Source: a virus (lineage: Duplodnaviria > Caudoviricetes). From it: 64,000 bases of DNA. The notes beneath the pieces were generated by a model. That model saw nothing but the letters and a program-made list of their open reading frames with translations, ran no database searches and was not told where the DNA came from. Below are positions 60,933 through 64,000 of the stretch, piece after piece. Location of the stretch: positions 1 to 64,000 of IMG/VR virus record IMGVR_UViG_3300018475_000104; one strand, 5' to 3'. The translations under genes were made by a program, and so were the position numbers. The first letter of the stretch is position 1, and every line of letters starts with the position of its first letter.

Positions 60933-61402
60933 TTTTCTGTCCCTCCTTTATTAGGTGAAAGTGATTTTTCAATAGCGGAGAGTCTATCGTTGAATTGGCT
61001 TAAGACCTCTGCTAATTTGCTTTCTACTTGCGAGGGTTCAGATTCTTTAGGAGAAGTTTGTGTTGCGGGAGTTTGATTTGTTATTTGATTGTCTAAGGGA
61101 ATTAACTTATATCCTATCATACTTGGATTACCATTTTGCATTGTTTTGATGAATAACGTTCCATCTGTTAAACAAATACTCGCGGAAAGTCCATTAGTGA
61201 TGGGGATATTGTTTACATCAGAAGACGACCGAATCATGTATACGGCGCCTTGTGGTTGTGGAAAGTAAGTTTGACTTTCCTGGGTCATAGGAGTTGGATT
61301 GTACCCTACTGGTGTCCCCATTGGCATATTTAAATAATTTTGAGCCGGGTTTTGAGTAAACTGAGGAGCAGTGGGGAATTGAGAATAATTATAATTCGCC
61401 AT
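60920..61402 (-). CDS. Gln/Pro-rich hypothetical protein
   Basis: First gene of the module; AAGGAG RBS. Confidence 0.7.
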   Translation of the reverse strand: MANYNYSQFPTAPQFTQNPAQNYLNMPMGTPVGYNPTPMTQESQTYFPQPQGAVYMIRSSSDVNNIPITNGLSASICLTDGTLFIKTMQNGNPSMIGYKLIPLDNQITNQTPATQTSPKESEPSQVESKLAEVLSQFNDRLSAIEKSLSPNKGGTEKWQL

Positions 61403-61534
61403 CTTTTTAATCTCCTTTTGGTTTGTTTTTTCTTCCCTTCTACTAAAAAGTCGCGGAGAAAGGGAGACGTTACAAAAAATTTATAAAATTTAAAATTTCA
61501 AAATTAGGGCTTACGCAGTTGGAGAGAATAAAGA

Positions 61535-61563
61535 AAAAGAGCGAACTTAATGGTTCGCTCTCT
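61535..61563 (-). terminator. Intrinsic terminator
   Basis: AGAGCGAAC/GTTCGCTCT stem with U-tract. Confidence 0.75.
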
Positions 61564-61565
61564 CA

Positions 61566-62243
61566 TTATACAGCTTTTTTGCCATCTATCACAACTTCTC
61601 CGACAGCAAGATATTTTTGTCCAATATAATCTGAACCATATTTATCCCCTGTCATATTATACCAACTTGTAAATTTTATCATTATATATTGATAAGCATT
61701 ATTGTAATTCCTACAATCAATAACCGAACTGCCACCAGAAGTTGCGCCGTCAAGCCCAGAAAAATCAATTAATTTTGTTTGCGAGCCATCTATAGAATCA
61801 AATCCATAAATCGTACCTGCAACAGGTCCATTAATTAAGACAGTCCAAACTCGATTATATAAAGTTACTTTTATATTTTTTAAAGCATAAGGAAGTTTTA
61901 TTGCGAGCCAAGGGGCGGTATCATTATTAGCTGTTGCCCAAGAATAATTAGAATTTAATATCCCATTGAAAGCTTTTGCTATCCCATAAGCTATATAGCT
62001 ATTATGTGTAGAACAATAATAGGTATATCCATTACTTGTATAACCTCCGCTTAAGCCAGTCTAATATTCAGAAGTTGGATCTTTGGCTTTTATAAGTGGA
62101 TGACCATTCTCTTGAATCCAATGAGGTATTCTAATTCCATTTACATATGCCCAATATTCTGTTCCGGTGGCAGGATCATAAGGAATATAATCTGTTGCAG
62201 TGTTTTCATTTTCATTCATTATAATTCGTTTTGCTACAGCCAT
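61566..62243 (-). CDS. Tail protein with discoidin/F5-8C-like carbohydrate-binding domain (1 in-frame TAG)
   Basis: Frame continues past TAG 62061 to TAA 61566; KAFNG....W....PWL.I.L. Confidence 0.7.
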
Positions 62244-62252
62244 AATTATACC

Positions 62253-63308
62253 TCACGAAGTTTTAAATGATACTAGGCCTTCATGCCAAACTTTTTTAGT
62301 TGAACCACTACTATTCGCAGCATTTGGTATACAAACATAAATAGTTTCATTACCTGCAGTCCCATCATGTCCAGTAGAAATATAAGTCTTGCCAGTATGA
62401 TGTTTTGTAGCCGTTTGTGTAGAACCAATCCATAAATTTGTACCATTATCATTCACACCAGGATAATCATAGCCAGTAGAATCTTTTAAATAATATCCTC
62501 TACTAGAACCAGTTGCAGAAGTAAGAATTTTTCCTGTTATAGTTCCTCCAGCAAGTGGTAAATAGATATTATTTTCATTTGATTTTTCCCAGCCTTTATA
62601 TATCCAAGAGGTAATATCTCCGTTTGTATATACATGTCTTGAATAATAATAATTTTTATTATAAGGTCTATATACTTGTCGTAAATAGATATAAGTTCCA
62701 CTAATCCCATCTTCACCAGCGGCATCTGAAACTTCAAGTACTCCCGCCAAAGCTTCTGGAATGTTTGTAATAAAACCTGCTAGTTTATTACTTGCAATAC
62801 TATATTTACCAAGTGTTCTAAATTCTGGATCATTAAAATCTTTTGGATCCTCTGCTGTTGCTGTTATTACATAGTCAGCTTTACCATAACTACTAATAGC
62901 TAAATTTAATCTAGCTTGTTCAGCCGTACTTGCGCCGGTGCCTCCCTCGGTAATTTTCACAAGTTCGGCAGTTGTTAAAATTTTCTTTCCTTTAATAGTT
63001 AAACTATTAGTTATATCACCGCCAGTAAGTGGTAAATACGTTTGTACCAAATGATTTTTAATAGCCTCATCTTCATTTTCTATCTAAGAAATTACATAAC
63101 TAGCAACAGCCTTACCCGTAACTCCAGAAGTTTCGTCTGTGCTATCAATTTCATTAACTAACCTTGAACCAACTACTTTTGCTTCTTGATTTTCTCCCTA
63201 TCCTATATATAAAAGTCCATCATCAGTACAATAACCAAGTTCAAAAGCCTGTAGAACTCCCACACCAGGAGCATTCGTTCCGTGCTTAATCTATATAATA
63301 TTAGCCAT
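62253..63308 (-). CDS. Tail fibre protein (3 in-frame TAG)
   Basis: MANII[TAG]IKHG..ELGY...LYIG; YLPLTGG, GGTGA.TA..AR.NL. Confidence 0.8.
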
Positions 63309-63358
63309 TTTTTCCTCCTTTTAAAAATAAAGGGCGCCAATGTTCTGGCGCCCGCTTA

Positions 63359-63736
63359 TTATTCCTCTATAAAAGGCATTAGCCATTCCATTTCTGTTAT
63401 ACTTAATTCAAAAAAGTCCAACTCTTCAAGAGTAAATTTGATGTCTATGGCATCAATTTCTAAATTAGATAGTTCTCTAATTTTTTCTTCACATTCTTGA
63501 ATTTTATCAGGTTTAATACGGACTCCTTGTTGGTCAGATGTTAGAAGATAGTCTCCATTTTCATCAATCATTCCATATTCACGAATCAAGTCAGTCATCT
63601 TCTTTTGATAAAAGAAAGCTTCTTCTTCAAGTTTATTAAGTAATTTGTTTAATTTATATGCTGTCTTGATTGGCATTTTCTTTTCTTTTATATCATTATA
63701 GAATTTTTTACATTCTAAGATTTGATACATCTTCAT
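63359..63736 (-). CDS. Hypothetical phage protein (DUF1617-like, tail-associated)
   Basis: P.K.AYKL.K...Y......G pattern; AGGAGG RBS. Confidence 0.6.
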   Translation of the reverse strand: MKMYQILECKKFYNDIKEKKMPIKTAYKLNKLLNKLEEEAFFYQKKMTDLIREYGMIDENGDYLLTSDQQGVRIKPDKIQECEEKIRELSNLEIDAIDIKFTLEELDFFELSITEMEWLMPFIEE

Positions 63737-63785
63737 AGTAATTCCTCCTTTTAACTCTTTATTTTATTATAACAGAATTTTTAAT

Positions 63786-64000
63786 TTATGTCAAATTTTG
63801 ATCCCAAGTTCCTCCAGAGATTGTAATTCCAGAAATTGACATTACATCAGAATCTAAATCAACAATAATTTTCTATCCGGTTTTTACTCCATAAAAAACT
63901 ATTTTATTCCTGATTTCATCAGCAGGTGAGATAGCAAATAGTTCATCTGTATTAAAAGAAGACATATTAATACCAACATGATTCTGTCTTAGCTGCAGAG
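63786..64000 (-). CDS. 3' end of a tail protein entering from beyond the window (1 in-frame TAG)
   Basis: LRQNHVGIN...ISGGTW then TAA. Confidence 0.55.

Overview
This window is a 64-kb segment of a large lytic dsDNA phage, probably infecting an anaerobic Firmicute (inferred from sigmaA-type promoters, an SPbeta-like replication module and a class III RNR). It uses TAG as a sense codon, most likely Gln (code 15). Many ORFs in the supplied track are fragments that join into single genes across in-frame TAGs, several at positions where the protein motif calls for Gln. Layout: (1) 1-4.2 kb, minus strand: tRNA/ncRNA array, including two interrupted tRNAs, an HDV-like theta ribozyme, pseudoknots and unknown structured RNAs. 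(2) 4.2-9.9 kb: early hypothetical genes and a Ro60/TROVE-like DUF2828 gene with a leader RNA motif. (3) 9.9-26.5 kb, minus strand: lysins, tail/fibre proteins and a holin. (4) 26.5-58.4 kb, plus strand: replication and nucleotide metabolism (RNase H, ligase, UvrD, gyrase, SSB, Sak4, DnaB, primase, RecJ, DnaE, NrdD/G/H, ThyX-like, dUTPase, RuvC). (5) 58.4-64 kb, minus strand: a Gln/Gly/Cys-rich module and tail genes. Most notable: the amber suppressor tRNA(CUA) has a tRNA-Trp-like body and is split inside its anticodon by a group I intron whose HNH gene itself contains an in-frame TAG, suggesting a splicing-gated, self-referential code switch. Also notable: a tRNA-Lys interrupted by a non-group-I, stem-bounded endonuclease insertion, and a CAGCAA stem RNA family linked to the Ro60-like gene. 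All calls were made by eye; no searches were run.
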